50,562 bases of DNA, taken from Gemmatimonadota bacterium (lineage in GTDB: Bacteria; Gemmatimonadota; Gemmatimonadetes; Longimicrobiales; Gaopeijiaceae). Positions 28,923 to 38,056 of this stretch are shown here, piece after piece; position 1 is the stretch's first letter, and each line of letters starts with the position of its first letter. The stretch lies in NCBI GenBank assembly GCA_039589315.1, contig JBDHHQ010000035.1:1-50562 (forward strand), in the 5' to 3' direction. The translations under genes and the position numbers were made by a program. The notes beneath the pieces were generated by a model. The model was not told where the DNA came from. It did no database searches and saw only the letters and a program-made list of their open reading frames with translations.

Positions 28923-28983
28923 ACCTGAGCTGCTGTGAAGAAAAGGTAGAGGGCTCGCGTGGCAATGCGTCACGCGGGCCCTC

Positions 28984-29613
28984 TCAGCGACGGGAGGCCC
29001 GGAACCCGACGTAGAGCTTGGCCAATGCAAAGCGGCCGACGGCGTCGCCCCTGGCCGTGACGAAGACGCCGGCCCGTTCGGATACGTCTATGTCCAGGCC
29101 GATCTGGAGGTTCAGGCCTCCGGCCACCGCCCAGAGCGACGGGCGTCCCGTATCGTGCTGGACGTTCATGGCCCACCCCCCTCCCAGCCGCCCGGTGCCC
29201 CAGGAGCCGAGCCGGGGCGCGAAGATCAAGTTCAGACCCAGGTTGGCGACGTGGGTGCGGGTGGCGCAGGGCAGACCGCTGCAGCTCGCCAGGGGCCTCC
29301 GGTTCTCTTCTTCCACCCAGAGACCGAGCTCGGGCTCGACCAGGAGGGTGGATTTCCACGGAATGCGGAGGTTGGCCACGGCCACCACGGCAGCGACGGT
29401 CTCACCCGCCGTGGACCGGCTGAAGGGGTTCTCCCGGGCCCCCATGCCGAGGGCGACGGACCACGCCCGTTCGGGGGCTCGATCGTTGGCTGCGTCCCCC
29501 TTGGGCACGTCCTGTTGCTGGACCCCGGGAATCGGGACATCCTGGACCTCCTGGCCCGGAGCTTCCACCGGCATTCCCAACGCCACGAGGGCGAGCATGG
29601 TCCAATACCTCAT
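28984..29613 (-). CDS. Hypothetical exported protein, probable small beta-barrel
   Basis: RBS GGAGG; signal peptide; alternating strands ending [10 protein letters not shown]. Confidence 0.65.
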   Translation of the reverse strand: MRYWTMLALVALGMPVEAPGQEVQDVPIPGVQQQDVPKGDAANDRAPERAWSVALGMGARENPFSRSTAGETVAAVVAVANLRIPWKSTLLVEPELGLWVEEENRRPLASCSGLPCATRTHVANLGLNLIFAPRLGSWGTGRLGGGWAMNVQHDTGRPSLWAVAGGLNLQIGLDIDVSERAGVFVTARGDAVGRFALAKLYVGFRASRR

Positions 29614-29890
29614 CGCCTCCGTCCGCTTGGGATCAGCCCAACGCCCTGGGGTCTCTTACGGCCACGGCTCCCGCTTCCTTTCCCCAGCAGGCGCCACGCG
29701 CCGGTCTTGTCGACCGCGAGGGCGACGAGCGCTCAGCTGGAGGAGTCCGGGAGTCCGTTCCGTATGAAACGCCCATCCGTTCCATGAAACGGGCGCCCTA
29801 TGGCACCGGATGGCCCGAAAACGCTGGGCTGATCGGGCACCCGGCCGTCTCCCCACAGTGGGCACGCTTCCTGCTCTACGCACCGGAAAC

Positions 29891-29916
29891 GGAACCCTTT
29901 CGAGGCAACTGGCGTT
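29891..29916 (+). promoter_or_regulatory. Putative ECF sigma promoter for msrPQ
   Basis: GGAAC-N17-CGTT, ending 65 nt upstream of the msrP start. Confidence 0.5.
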
Positions 29917-29981
29917 ATTGGTGTCATCGGACGCCCCGCACGTTTCCTCTGACGCAACGACGCGAGAGGCAGAGGCCTGGC

Positions 29982-30932
29982 ATGTTGATGAAGAAACCGG
30001 ACCCGATTCCGTCCTCCGAGATCACGCCCCATGCTCTCTACGTCAGTCGGCGGAAGTTCCTGGCCGGCGTCGCGGGCCTCGTGGGGGCCGCTGCGGTCCC
30101 CGGAGCCGTGTGGGCGCATGGCCGCCGAGACGGTCTGCCCGTGCAGCAGGCCTTCCAGGACGCGACGGACGAGCTCGGCGACGAGCTCACGCCGTGGGAG
30201 GATGTCACGAGCTACAACAACTTCTACGAATTCGGCACCGGCAAGGAGGATCCGGCCCGCTACGCCGGTGAGTTCCGGACGCGCCCGTGGACCGTGAAGA
30301 TCGAGGGGCACGTGAACAAGCCGGGCGATTACGCCCTCGACGACCTGCTTCGGCCGCACACCATCGAGGATCGGATCTACCGGCTCCGTTGCGTCGAGGC
30401 CTGGTCCATGGTTATCCCGTGGCGGGGATTCGCGCTGGCCGACCTCATCAAGCGGGTCGAGCCCACCGGCTCCGCCAAGTACGTGGAGTTCCGCACGCTG
30501 TTGGATCCGGAGCAGATGCCGGGTCAGCGGCGTCCGATTCTGGATTGGCCCTACGTGGAGGGCCTCCGGATGGATGAAGCCATGCATCCGCTCACGCTCC
30601 TGGCCACCGGCCTATACGGCCGGGATCTGCCCAACCAGAACGGAGCGCCGCTGCGGCTGGTGGTGCCGTGGAAGTACGGCTTCAAGAGCGCCAAATCCAT
30701 CGTGAGCATCCGATTCGTGGAGGAGCAGCCCATCAACAGCTGGCAGGCCGCCAATGCCCGGGAGTACGGGTTCTACTCGAACGTGAACCCCGAGGTCGAT
30801 CACCCCCGTTGGAGCCAGGGGCGGGAACGGCGCATCGGAGAATTCCGGCGACGCCCCACGCTCATGTTCAACGGCTACGCCGACGAAGTGGGGCACCTCT
30901 ACGCCGGCATGGACCTGGCCAAGCGCTACTGA
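29982..30932 (+). CDS. msrP: Protein-methionine-sulfoxide reductase catalytic subunit
   Basis: SEITP..SRRKFL Tat signal, [61 protein letters not shown]. Confidence 0.96.
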   Translation: MLMKKPDPIPSSEITPHALYVSRRKFLAGVAGLVGAAAVPGAVWAHGRRDGLPVQQAFQDATDELGDELTPWEDVTSYNNFYEFGTGKEDPARYAGEFRTRPWTVKIEGHVNKPGDYALDDLLRPHTIEDRIYRLRCVEAWSMVIPWRGFALADLIKRVEPTGSAKYVEFRTLLDPEQMPGQRRPILDWPYVEGLRMDEAMHPLTLLATGLYGRDLPNQNGAPLRLVVPWKYGFKSAKSIVSIRFVEEQPINSWQAANAREYGFYSNVNPEVDHPRWSQGRERRIGEFRRRPTLMFNGYADEVGHLYAGMDLAKRY

Positions 30933-31603
30933 TGGGCGTGGGTGAGACCGCGATGACGAGCTCCGCCGTGCACGAGCGCACGGCTCGCCCGGCCGTGACC
31001 GCCGCGACCACCCGCAAGCGGCAGGTGCGGGCGTTGAAGCTCGCCGTGTGGGTCGCCGGGCTGGCGCCCCTGGCCTGGCTCCTCTTTCGAGCGCTCACCG
31101 ACGACCTGGGCGCCAACCCCATCGAGGAGATCACCCATCGCACCGGCGACTGGAGCTTGCGGATCTTGCTGGCCGCCCTGGCGGTCACCCCGCTTCGGCG
31201 GATCACCGGCTGGAATCAGGTGATCCAGGTGCGCCGCCTCGTGGGTCTGTTCGCCTTCTTCTGGGTGTGCCTTCACTTCCTGACGTACATCGTGCTCGAC
31301 CAGTTCTTCGGATGGTCGTACATCGTCGAGGACGTGATGGAGCGCCCGTACATCACCGCGGGGTTCACCGCGTTCGTATTGCTGATCCCGTTGGCCGTGA
31401 CGTCGACCAAGGGGTGGATCCGCCGTCTGGGAAGACGTTGGACGCGCCTGCACAAGCTGGTCTATGCGGCGGGGCTACTCGGTGTGATCCACTACCTCTG
31501 GATCACCCGGGCGGATGACCGTGCGCCCCTGGTGTACGGGGCGATCCTGCTCGTGCTGCTGGCGTTCAGGGTGCCGTGGCGCCGCCTGCGAGGGAGGAGT
31601 TAG
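30932..31603 (+). CDS. msrQ: Methionine-sulfoxide reductase heme-binding subunit
   Basis: TGATG overlap with msrP; LGANPIEEITHRTG, RRLVGLFAF, LAVTS, WTRLHKLVY. Alternative start at 30953. Confidence 0.93.
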   Translation: MGVGETAMTSSAVHERTARPAVTAATTRKRQVRALKLAVWVAGLAPLAWLLFRALTDDLGANPIEEITHRTGDWSLRILLAALAVTPLRRITGWNQVIQVRRLVGLFAFFWVCLHFLTYIVLDQFFGWSYIVEDVMERPYITAGFTAFVLLIPLAVTSTKGWIRRLGRRWTRLHKLVYAAGLLGVIHYLWITRADDRAPLVYGAILLVLLAFRVPWRRLRGRS

Positions 31604-31676
31604 GGGGGCGGTACCGACGCTCGCGGACCGCAGGCCGGCCAGCGCCGTCGCTTGGCCGATACTCCCGACGGGCGCG

Positions 31677-32348
31677 TCAGGCCTTCTCCCAGGCCCGCTG
31701 GAACAGCAGGCCGCTCACCAGCAGGGCCAGGGCGATCCACAGCACTCCCCACACGGCCGTGGGCACGCCCGTCAGCTCGGAGAGCATGTACGCGTCCGAC
31801 GGTAGATGCGAACGGTCGAGCACGTCGCTCTTGATGTCCAGGATGGCGTAGAGTGCGCTCGTCAGCCCCAGGACGAGCAGCACGCCCCGGTTCACCCCGA
31901 CCGAGAGCTTCCGCGAAGCCACGAGCAGGGTCGCGCCGAACAGGATCCCGAACACCAGGCCGAAGGCGCTGCGCACGAAGACGAGCGTCAGGATCACCGT
32001 CGCGGCGCCGATCAGCGCCGTGAGCCAATGGGGCCGGATCCTCTTGGACTGGCCCGCCGTCAGCAGCAGGGCGCCCCAGGCCAGGCTTCCCAGGTAACCG
32101 GCGGATAGAGTCAGGAAATCGCTTCCGCCGGAGCAGTAACAAGCGCCCCCCTGATAGGGATCCAGCACGATGCGCTCGATGGACCCTCCCGTGAGGACCG
32201 CGACTAGACCGTGGCTGACCTCGTGGAGCAGCACCACGAAGACCTTGAGGGGATAGACGATCGGCGTCTCCCACAGGAACCACAGCGCTCCGAAGTAGAG
32301 CGCGAAACCGCCGAGGAACTTCAGCTTTCGCTTGGTCGTGGCCTTCAT
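31677..32348 (-). CDS. M50B-family membrane metallopeptidase
   Basis: LLHEVSHG zinc motif, SAGYLG, SDAYML; multi-TM. Confidence 0.88.
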   Translation of the reverse strand: MKATTKRKLKFLGGFALYFGALWFLWETPIVYPLKVFVVLLHEVSHGLVAVLTGGSIERIVLDPYQGGACYCSGGSDFLTLSAGYLGSLAWGALLLTAGQSKRIRPHWLTALIGAATVILTLVFVRSAFGLVFGILFGATLLVASRKLSVGVNRGVLLVLGLTSALYAILDIKSDVLDRSHLPSDAYMLSELTGVPTAVWGVLWIALALLVSGLLFQRAWEKA

Positions 32349-32616
32349 GGACTCTCGTCTGGTGCTGGTCGGGAGTGCTCTTGGATCCCTACGACTCGTG
32401 CTCGAGCCCGGTTTCGGCGGTCGTGCGGCGCCCCTGCGGGCCCCGGCCCCACGCTACCGCCTGCTCGCCTCCTACACCGCCACCCACCCCGGATGGTCCG
32501 CCGAGGCCCCGAAGGCCCTGGTTGCCGCGCCAGAGCTTGCGTAGCCGGTGGGGCAGGCGGCACGTTCGCTCATACCCCCCTTTTGCGTGACTCGCCTCAA
32601 CGCCGAGCCGCGAGAA

Positions 32617-33072
32617 TTGGCGACTGACTCCGTTTTGGCGCCGGTGCGGGCTCCATTCCGCGCTCTGGCCGAGGGCCTGTTACCCGAGACGCGGGATCTG
32701 GACCCCCCCGGGTGGCAACGGGCCGAAGAGATCATCGAGGGCGCGCTCGCCGACCGACCCGCTTCGGTTCGGCGGCAGATCCGGCTGTTCATCCGGGTCG
32801 CCAGCCTGCTCCCCATCGCCCGATACGGCCGGCCGTTGGCGTCCCTCTCCCTGGAACGCAGGACCCGCTTCCTGCAGGGGCTCCAGAACGCGCCAGTGCT
32901 GATGCTGCGGCGGGGTGTCTGGGGACTTCGTACCCTCGTCTTCATGGGGTACTACGCCCAGGAGCCGGTCCGGGAGGCCATCGGCTACCGCGCCCGGCCC
33001 GAGGGCTGGGCGGCTCGCGGCATGGGCTCGGCTCCGGCGGACCCGCCCCCGCCCCCGGACGCCCATGCGTGA
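32617..33072 (+). CDS. Small partner of the GMC oxidoreductase (gluconate-2-dehydrogenase subunit-3-like)
   Basis: LRTLVFMGYY..VREAIGY segment; overlaps the GMC start. Start uncertain (32548, 32587 or 32617). Confidence 0.7.
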   Translation: MATDSVLAPVRAPFRALAEGLLPETRDLDPPGWQRAEEIIEGALADRPASVRRQIRLFIRVASLLPIARYGRPLASLSLERRTRFLQGLQNAPVLMLRRGVWGLRTLVFMGYYAQEPVREAIGYRARPEGWAARGMGSAPADPPPPPDAHA

Positions 33073-34561
33073 GGTAGGGGCCGACGTGGTCGTGGTGGGC
33101 TCGGGGGCCGGAGGCGGTACGGTGGCCCAGCGCCTCATCCCGTTGGTGGAGGGAGGCCGAAGGGTGCTCGTTCTGGAGCAGGGACCCCGGCTGCAGGCCC
33201 ACGAGCTCAGCGGGAGCGAGCTGGACATGGCGCCGGCCCTGTACGCCGACGGCGGAGGGTTCCTGACGGCGGACGGCACCATGACCCTGGCCTTCGGTCA
33301 GGCCTACGGGGGCTCGACGCTCGTCTACACGGGCACGTCGCTGAAGGCGCCGACCCGCATCATCGCCAAGTGGAACGTCCCGGGCCTCGAGCACGCCGAC
33401 GTGATCCGGCGCACCGAGCGCTACATCCACGAGAACAACGTCCACCTGTTGTCCGAGCAGGAGATCAACGACAACAACCGGCTCTTCGTGGAGGGGTGCC
33501 GGGCCGCGGGGTACGAGGCGCACCAGTTTCCGGTGAACGTGAGGGGATGCCGAGGGGCGAGCCTGTGCAACCTGGGCTGTCCCAACGGTGCCAAGCAGGG
33601 GACCGATCAGGTGCAACTGCCCAGGGCGGAGAACGCGGGCGTGGAGGTGGTAACGCGGGCGAGAGTCGAGGCGCTCGACGACCGAGCCCTCACGGTGCGG
33701 GTCACCGAAGTGCCCCCCGGCGGCAAGGGCGAGCCGTCGAGTTGGGAACCCGGTGAGTACCGGGTCCATGCCGGGAGCGTGGTACTGTGTTGTGGGTCGG
33801 TGGGCACGCCGGCGCTCATGCTGCGGTCCGGGATGGGGAGCGGACTCCCGAGGCTCGGGGAAGGATTCACGTGCCACCCCGCCTTCATTCTGGTGGCGGA
33901 GCACGACAGGGAGATCACCAACGACGTCGGCCACCCGAAGAGCTATTACATGGACCGGGCCGAAGAGGAGGGGTACGTGCTGGAAACCTGCATGTACTTC
34001 CCCTTCACGACCGCGAAGAACCTGACGGGATTCGGACCGGATCACAGCGCCATGATGCGCGCCTTCCCACGTCTGCAGATGATCCTCGTGCTCGCCTGCG
34101 ACCGGGCGGTGCCGGGTAACCGCGTGGCGTTGGACCGACACGGCAAGCCGGTAGTTCACTACCGCTTCACGCCGGAGGTCGTCCGCAGCCTCGCCGCCGC
34201 CACCCGGGCGGCAGCCCGCATCTTCTTCGGGGCAGGGGCCGTCCGCGCCCATGCGCCCTTGGCCGATCCCCCTCTCCTCGACGCCAGCGAGGTGGGTGCG
34301 CTCGACCAGCGCATCCAGGAGCGCCATTTCATCCCGGGCAAGGTGTCCGTCTCGGCCGGCCACCTCATGGGCGGCTGCGGTATGGGGCGGAACCGCTCGG
34401 ACTCGGTGACCGATGCATGGGGCCGCGTACACGGGATCCCTTGGCTGAGGGTGGCCGACTCCAGCCTGTTCCCCGACTCGGTGGAGATCAACCCCTACCT
34501 CACCATCATGGCCCTGGCGGACCGGGTGGCCGAGGGCCTGCTCGAGGACCATGCGAGCTGA
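33065..34561 (+). CDS. GMC-family FAD oxidoreductase
   Basis: VVVGSGAGGG, YGGSTLV, CRGASLCNLGCP, GHLMGGCGMG, VADSSLFP..INPYLTIMALA. Confidence 0.92.
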   Translation: MREVGADVVVVGSGAGGGTVAQRLIPLVEGGRRVLVLEQGPRLQAHELSGSELDMAPALYADGGGFLTADGTMTLAFGQAYGGSTLVYTGTSLKAPTRIIAKWNVPGLEHADVIRRTERYIHENNVHLLSEQEINDNNRLFVEGCRAAGYEAHQFPVNVRGCRGASLCNLGCPNGAKQGTDQVQLPRAENAGVEVVTRARVEALDDRALTVRVTEVPPGGKGEPSSWEPGEYRVHAGSVVLCCGSVGTPALMLRSGMGSGLPRLGEGFTCHPAFILVAEHDREITNDVGHPKSYYMDRAEEEGYVLETCMYFPFTTAKNLTGFGPDHSAMMRAFPRLQMILVLACDRAVPGNRVALDRHGKPVVHYRFTPEVVRSLAAATRAAARIFFGAGAVRAHAPLADPPLLDASEVGALDQRIQERHFIPGKVSVSAGHLMGGCGMGRNRSDSVTDAWGRVHGIPWLRVADSSLFPDSVEINPYLTIMALADRVAEGLLEDHAS

Positions 34562-34645
34562 GACGGTCGGGGCGCCGACGAGGGGCGGACGGACGGGGTC
34601 GTGGAGGCCGGCCGGCGCGCCCGACCCCCAGCGGGAGCGTCATCC

Positions 34646-36385
34646 GTGAAGCTCACGGGCGGACAGATCGTGGCCCGCGCCCTGGCGGATGAAGGCGTTC
34701 CGCTCACGTTCGGGATCCCGGGGACCCACAACATCGAGCTGTACGATGCGTTGGGCGCCTCGGACGAGGTCCGCCCGGTTCTGGTGACGGACGAGCAGAG
34801 CGCCTCGTTCATGGCCGATGGCTTGTGGCGGGCCTCGGGACAGCTGGGTTGCGTGAACGTGGTGCCGGGCGCCGGGCTCACGCACGCCATGTCGGGGATC
34901 GCCGAGGCCTACATGGACAACGTGCCCATGCTGGTCCTGGGATGCGGGATCCGCAGGGACACCGGGATGGCGTTCCAGCTGCACGACGTCGATCAGCAGT
35001 CCATGGTGGCCCCCGTGACCAAAGCCACCTTCCTGCCAACGACCGGAGGGGACCTCTACAAGGCGATCCGCGACGCAAGCCGAATCGCGAGACAACCGCC
35101 CGGTGGGCCCGTCTTCGTCGAGGTGCCGGCGAACCTCTACCTGTTCAAGCACGACGTGGAGCTACCGCCAACCTCCAGCCCCTCGGCCCAACCGACCGTC
35201 CACGGTCCCGAGCCCGATCGCGCGGTCGTATCCCGCGTGGCCGAGCTGGTCAGGGCAGCGAAGCGGCCGCTCCTGTACGTGGGCGCGGGTGCCGCGAGCT
35301 GCCAGGGCCGTGTCCTGCAGCTGGCCGAGCGGCTGGAGGCACCCGTCTCGACCACCTTCCAGGGCAAGGGGGTCTTCCCCGAGCCCCATGGCCTCTTCCT
35401 CTGGCCGGGCTTCGGCAAGGCGGCTCCCGGTTTCGTGCAAGACGTGGCCCGGGAATGCGATCTGACCCTGGCGATCGGGTGCCGCTTCAGCGAGGTCGGG
35501 ACAGGAAGCTACGGGCTCGAGCCACCCGGACCGCTGGTCCACGTCGATGCCGCGCCGGACGTACCTGGCCGGAACTACCCCGCTCAGGAGGCGCTCGTCG
35601 CGGACGCCGAGCTCTTCCTCCGCGCGTTGGACGAGGAGCTCGGCGAGTTCCGGGCCGAGCGGGACGAGGCGTTGAGAGAGGAGATCCGCTCGGGTCACGC
35701 ACAGGTGTGGGAGGACTGGCTCGCGGACGTCGGGGGGCCGGGCGTGACGCCGGCCCACCTGCTGCGGACGGCACAGCGGCTCTTCGGGCCCGACACGATC
35801 TTCACCACGGATAGTGGGAATGGCACTTTCTTGGCGATGGAGTGTCTGCGTCTGGAGGAGCCCGGCAAGTACCTGGCCCCCGTGGACTACTCGTGCATGG
35901 GATACGCGCTCCCTGCGGCGCTGGGCGCCCGCCTCGCCCGGCCGGACTGCCCGGTCGTCGCCCTGGCCGGCGACGGCGCGTTCCTGATGACGGGCCTCGA
36001 GGTGCTGACCGCCGTCGCGGAGGGGTTGGGCGTGGTGATCCTGGTGCTCCGGGACCGAGAGCTCGCGCAGATTGCCCAATTCCAGCAGGTGGCCCTGAAC
36101 CGGAAGGTCGCCAGCGAGCTGCCGGATTTCGAGGTGGAGGGGATCGCCCGCGCCACCGGCGCGCGGTTCTTGGCGCTGGACTCGGACGACAGGGTCGAGG
36201 AGATCCTCACGCGGGCAGAGGCATATGCGGCGGCCGGAACGCCGGTTCTGGTCGACGTCGACATCGACTATTCGAGGAAGACCTTCTTCACCCGGGGAGT
36301 GGTGAAGTCGACCCTGGCGCGCCTCCCGTGGCCGGACCGGTTCCGGTTCGTGGGGCGGGCCTTGACACGGCGCGTGACCGGCTGA
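34646..36385 (+). CDS. Thiamine-diphosphate-dependent enzyme (acetolactate synthase-like family)
   Basis: FGIPGTHNIELYD, DEQSASFMADG, GPVFVEVP, MGYALPAALGA, GDGAFLM. Confidence 0.92.
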   Translation: MKLTGGQIVARALADEGVPLTFGIPGTHNIELYDALGASDEVRPVLVTDEQSASFMADGLWRASGQLGCVNVVPGAGLTHAMSGIAEAYMDNVPMLVLGCGIRRDTGMAFQLHDVDQQSMVAPVTKATFLPTTGGDLYKAIRDASRIARQPPGGPVFVEVPANLYLFKHDVELPPTSSPSAQPTVHGPEPDRAVVSRVAELVRAAKRPLLYVGAGAASCQGRVLQLAERLEAPVSTTFQGKGVFPEPHGLFLWPGFGKAAPGFVQDVARECDLTLAIGCRFSEVGTGSYGLEPPGPLVHVDAAPDVPGRNYPAQEALVADAELFLRALDEELGEFRAERDEALREEIRSGHAQVWEDWLADVGGPGVTPAHLLRTAQRLFGPDTIFTTDSGNGTFLAMECLRLEEPGKYLAPVDYSCMGYALPAALGARLARPDCPVVALAGDGAFLMTGLEVLTAVAEGLGVVILVLRDRELAQIAQFQQVALNRKVASELPDFEVEGIARATGARFLALDSDDRVEEILTRAEAYAAAGTPVLVDVDIDYSRKTFFTRGVVKSTLARLPWPDRFRFVGRALTRRVTG

Positions 36386-36453
36386 CCCTTGCACATTCCC
36401 GTTGCGGCACCCGCACATGGGCCCGCAGAGAACCGCCGGAGCGGACACCAGGC

Positions 36454-38046
36454 ATGAACGCGGATCGACTGACCGGGGCGCTGGAGGTGCTGGGAGCACG
36501 GATTCCCGGGCCCGTAGCGCTCTACACCGCTCCGGCCCGGGAGCCCCTGCTGCGCACCTTCGCGAACCGCGGGATCGACGTGCTCACGGGCTGCCCCAGC
36601 GCCGTCTTCCGCGATGACGTCGCGTTCTGGCCGAGCCTGATCCAGGCGGAGGACCGGCCGTCGATCCGCAAAGCTTCCGAACGGCTCTCCGCCGCCGGTG
36701 AGATCACGCTCGAGTACCGGATCCGACTTCCCGACGGAGAGACGCTCTGGGTGCGGGATCACATGGCCTTGCGAGAGCCGAGCGGGGCCGCGGACGCCGT
36801 GGTCGTCGGTCTCCTGCTGGACGTCACGGAGCTGCGGCGCCTCAGGGGCGACAACACCGCCCTGGAGGAGCGCATCATCGCGGCGCAGCGCATGGAGTCC
36901 ATGGGCGCGTTCGTGGGCGAAGCCGCCCATGATTTCAACAACCTTCTTACGGCCATCCTCTCGTCGGTCCTGGTCCTGAGAGACGAGCTCTCGTCGGCCC
37001 AGGCGCAGAAGGACCTGGATGTGATCGAGAGCGCGGCGGGTCGGGGAGCTGCGTTGATCCGTCAGCTCACGGCCTTCGTCGGCCGTTCTCGCCGCTTGCC
37101 CGGGCCGCTGAACCCCTTGGCCGTGGTCCGCGAGCTGGAACCGGTTCTCCGACGGTCTCTGGGCCAGAACACGACCCTCACGGTGGAGGGCCCGGCCGAC
37201 ACGTGGGAGGTCCGAGCCGATCGAGCCCGGCTGGAGCAAGTCGCCCTCAACCTGGTCCGGAACGCCCGCGAGGTCCTGCCCGGTGGAGGCACCGTCCATA
37301 TCTCCACGAGAAACGTCGTGCCGGAAGCGCCGCTCCGAGCCGCCGGGGGAGACCTCCTCCAGGAAGGCCGTTACGTCGTGCTGAGCGTCCAGGATTCGGG
37401 TCCCGGCGTTCCCGTCGATCTACGGGATCGCATCTTCGATCCGTTCTACACCAACAAGGAGGACGAAGGCGCCTGTACCGGCTTCGGACTCACCGCCGTT
37501 CGGCGCATAGCCAGGAGCTACGGGGGCGCCGTCCGAGTAGGCGGGTTCCCGGGCGCGGGGGCGGCGTTCGAGGTCTATCTGCCGGTGAGCGACGCCACGG
37601 GAGTCCTTCAGGATCAGCCCCGGGCGCGGGAGGGCGGCGTCGGGGCGCGAATCCTCGTGGTCGAGGACGACGAGGCGGTGCGCGGCATGCTGGAGCGCGC
37701 TCTCAGGCAGTTGGGCTATGCCGTCGTTGCCGCGTCGTCGTCGGCGGAGGCGTTGGAGATCTTCCACCTGGTGGGACCCTCGCTCGACCTGGTCGTGTGC
37801 GACGTCGTCCTGCCCGATCGGCCCGGTCCCGTGCTGGTGGAAGCGCTCTGCAAGAGGCGTCCGAGCTTGGGCGTGGTCTACATGTCGGGCTACGGCCCTG
37901 ACGTGCTCGCCAGCCACACGGAGCACCTCGATGTGGCCCCGCTCCTGCGCAAGCCATTCGCCCCGGCCGATCTCCAGGAAGCGGTCACCCAAGCCCTTGC
38001 CAGTCCGGCCGCGCGCCGGGGCGAGCGATCCAAGGACATCGGCTAA
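36454..38046 (+). CDS. PAS-containing hybrid histidine kinase with receiver domain
   Basis: PAS/PAC EYRIRLPDGETLWVRD; H-box AHDFNNLL; NLVRNARE; DSGPG; GFGL; receiver ILVVEDD, DLVVCDVVLP, MSGY, KPF. Confidence 0.92.
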   Translation: MNADRLTGALEVLGARIPGPVALYTAPAREPLLRTFANRGIDVLTGCPSAVFRDDVAFWPSLIQAEDRPSIRKASERLSAAGEITLEYRIRLPDGETLWVRDHMALREPSGAADAVVVGLLLDVTELRRLRGDNTALEERIIAAQRMESMGAFVGEAAHDFNNLLTAILSSVLVLRDELSSAQAQKDLDVIESAAGRGAALIRQLTAFVGRSRRLPGPLNPLAVVRELEPVLRRSLGQNTTLTVEGPADTWEVRADRARLEQVALNLVRNAREVLPGGGTVHISTRNVVPEAPLRAAGGDLLQEGRYVVLSVQDSGPGVPVDLRDRIFDPFYTNKEDEGACTGFGLTAVRRIARSYGGAVRVGGFPGAGAAFEVYLPVSDATGVLQDQPRAREGGVGARILVVEDDEAVRGMLERALRQLGYAVVAASSSAEALEIFHLVGPSLDLVVCDVVLPDRPGPVLVEALCKRRPSLGVVYMSGYGPDVLASHTEHLDVAPLLRKPFAPADLQEAVTQALASPAARRGERSKDIG

Positions 38047-38056
38047 CGGGCGTGTG

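Noticed and set aside
35842..36453. N-terminal extensions in the ORF track (kinase from 35842, SH3 protein from 37718, BamA from 5356, msrP from 29784, GMC from 32915)
   Set aside because: They overlap neighbouring genes or promoter regions and are Arg/Pro/Gly-rich; downstream starts fit signal peptides and family N-termini.
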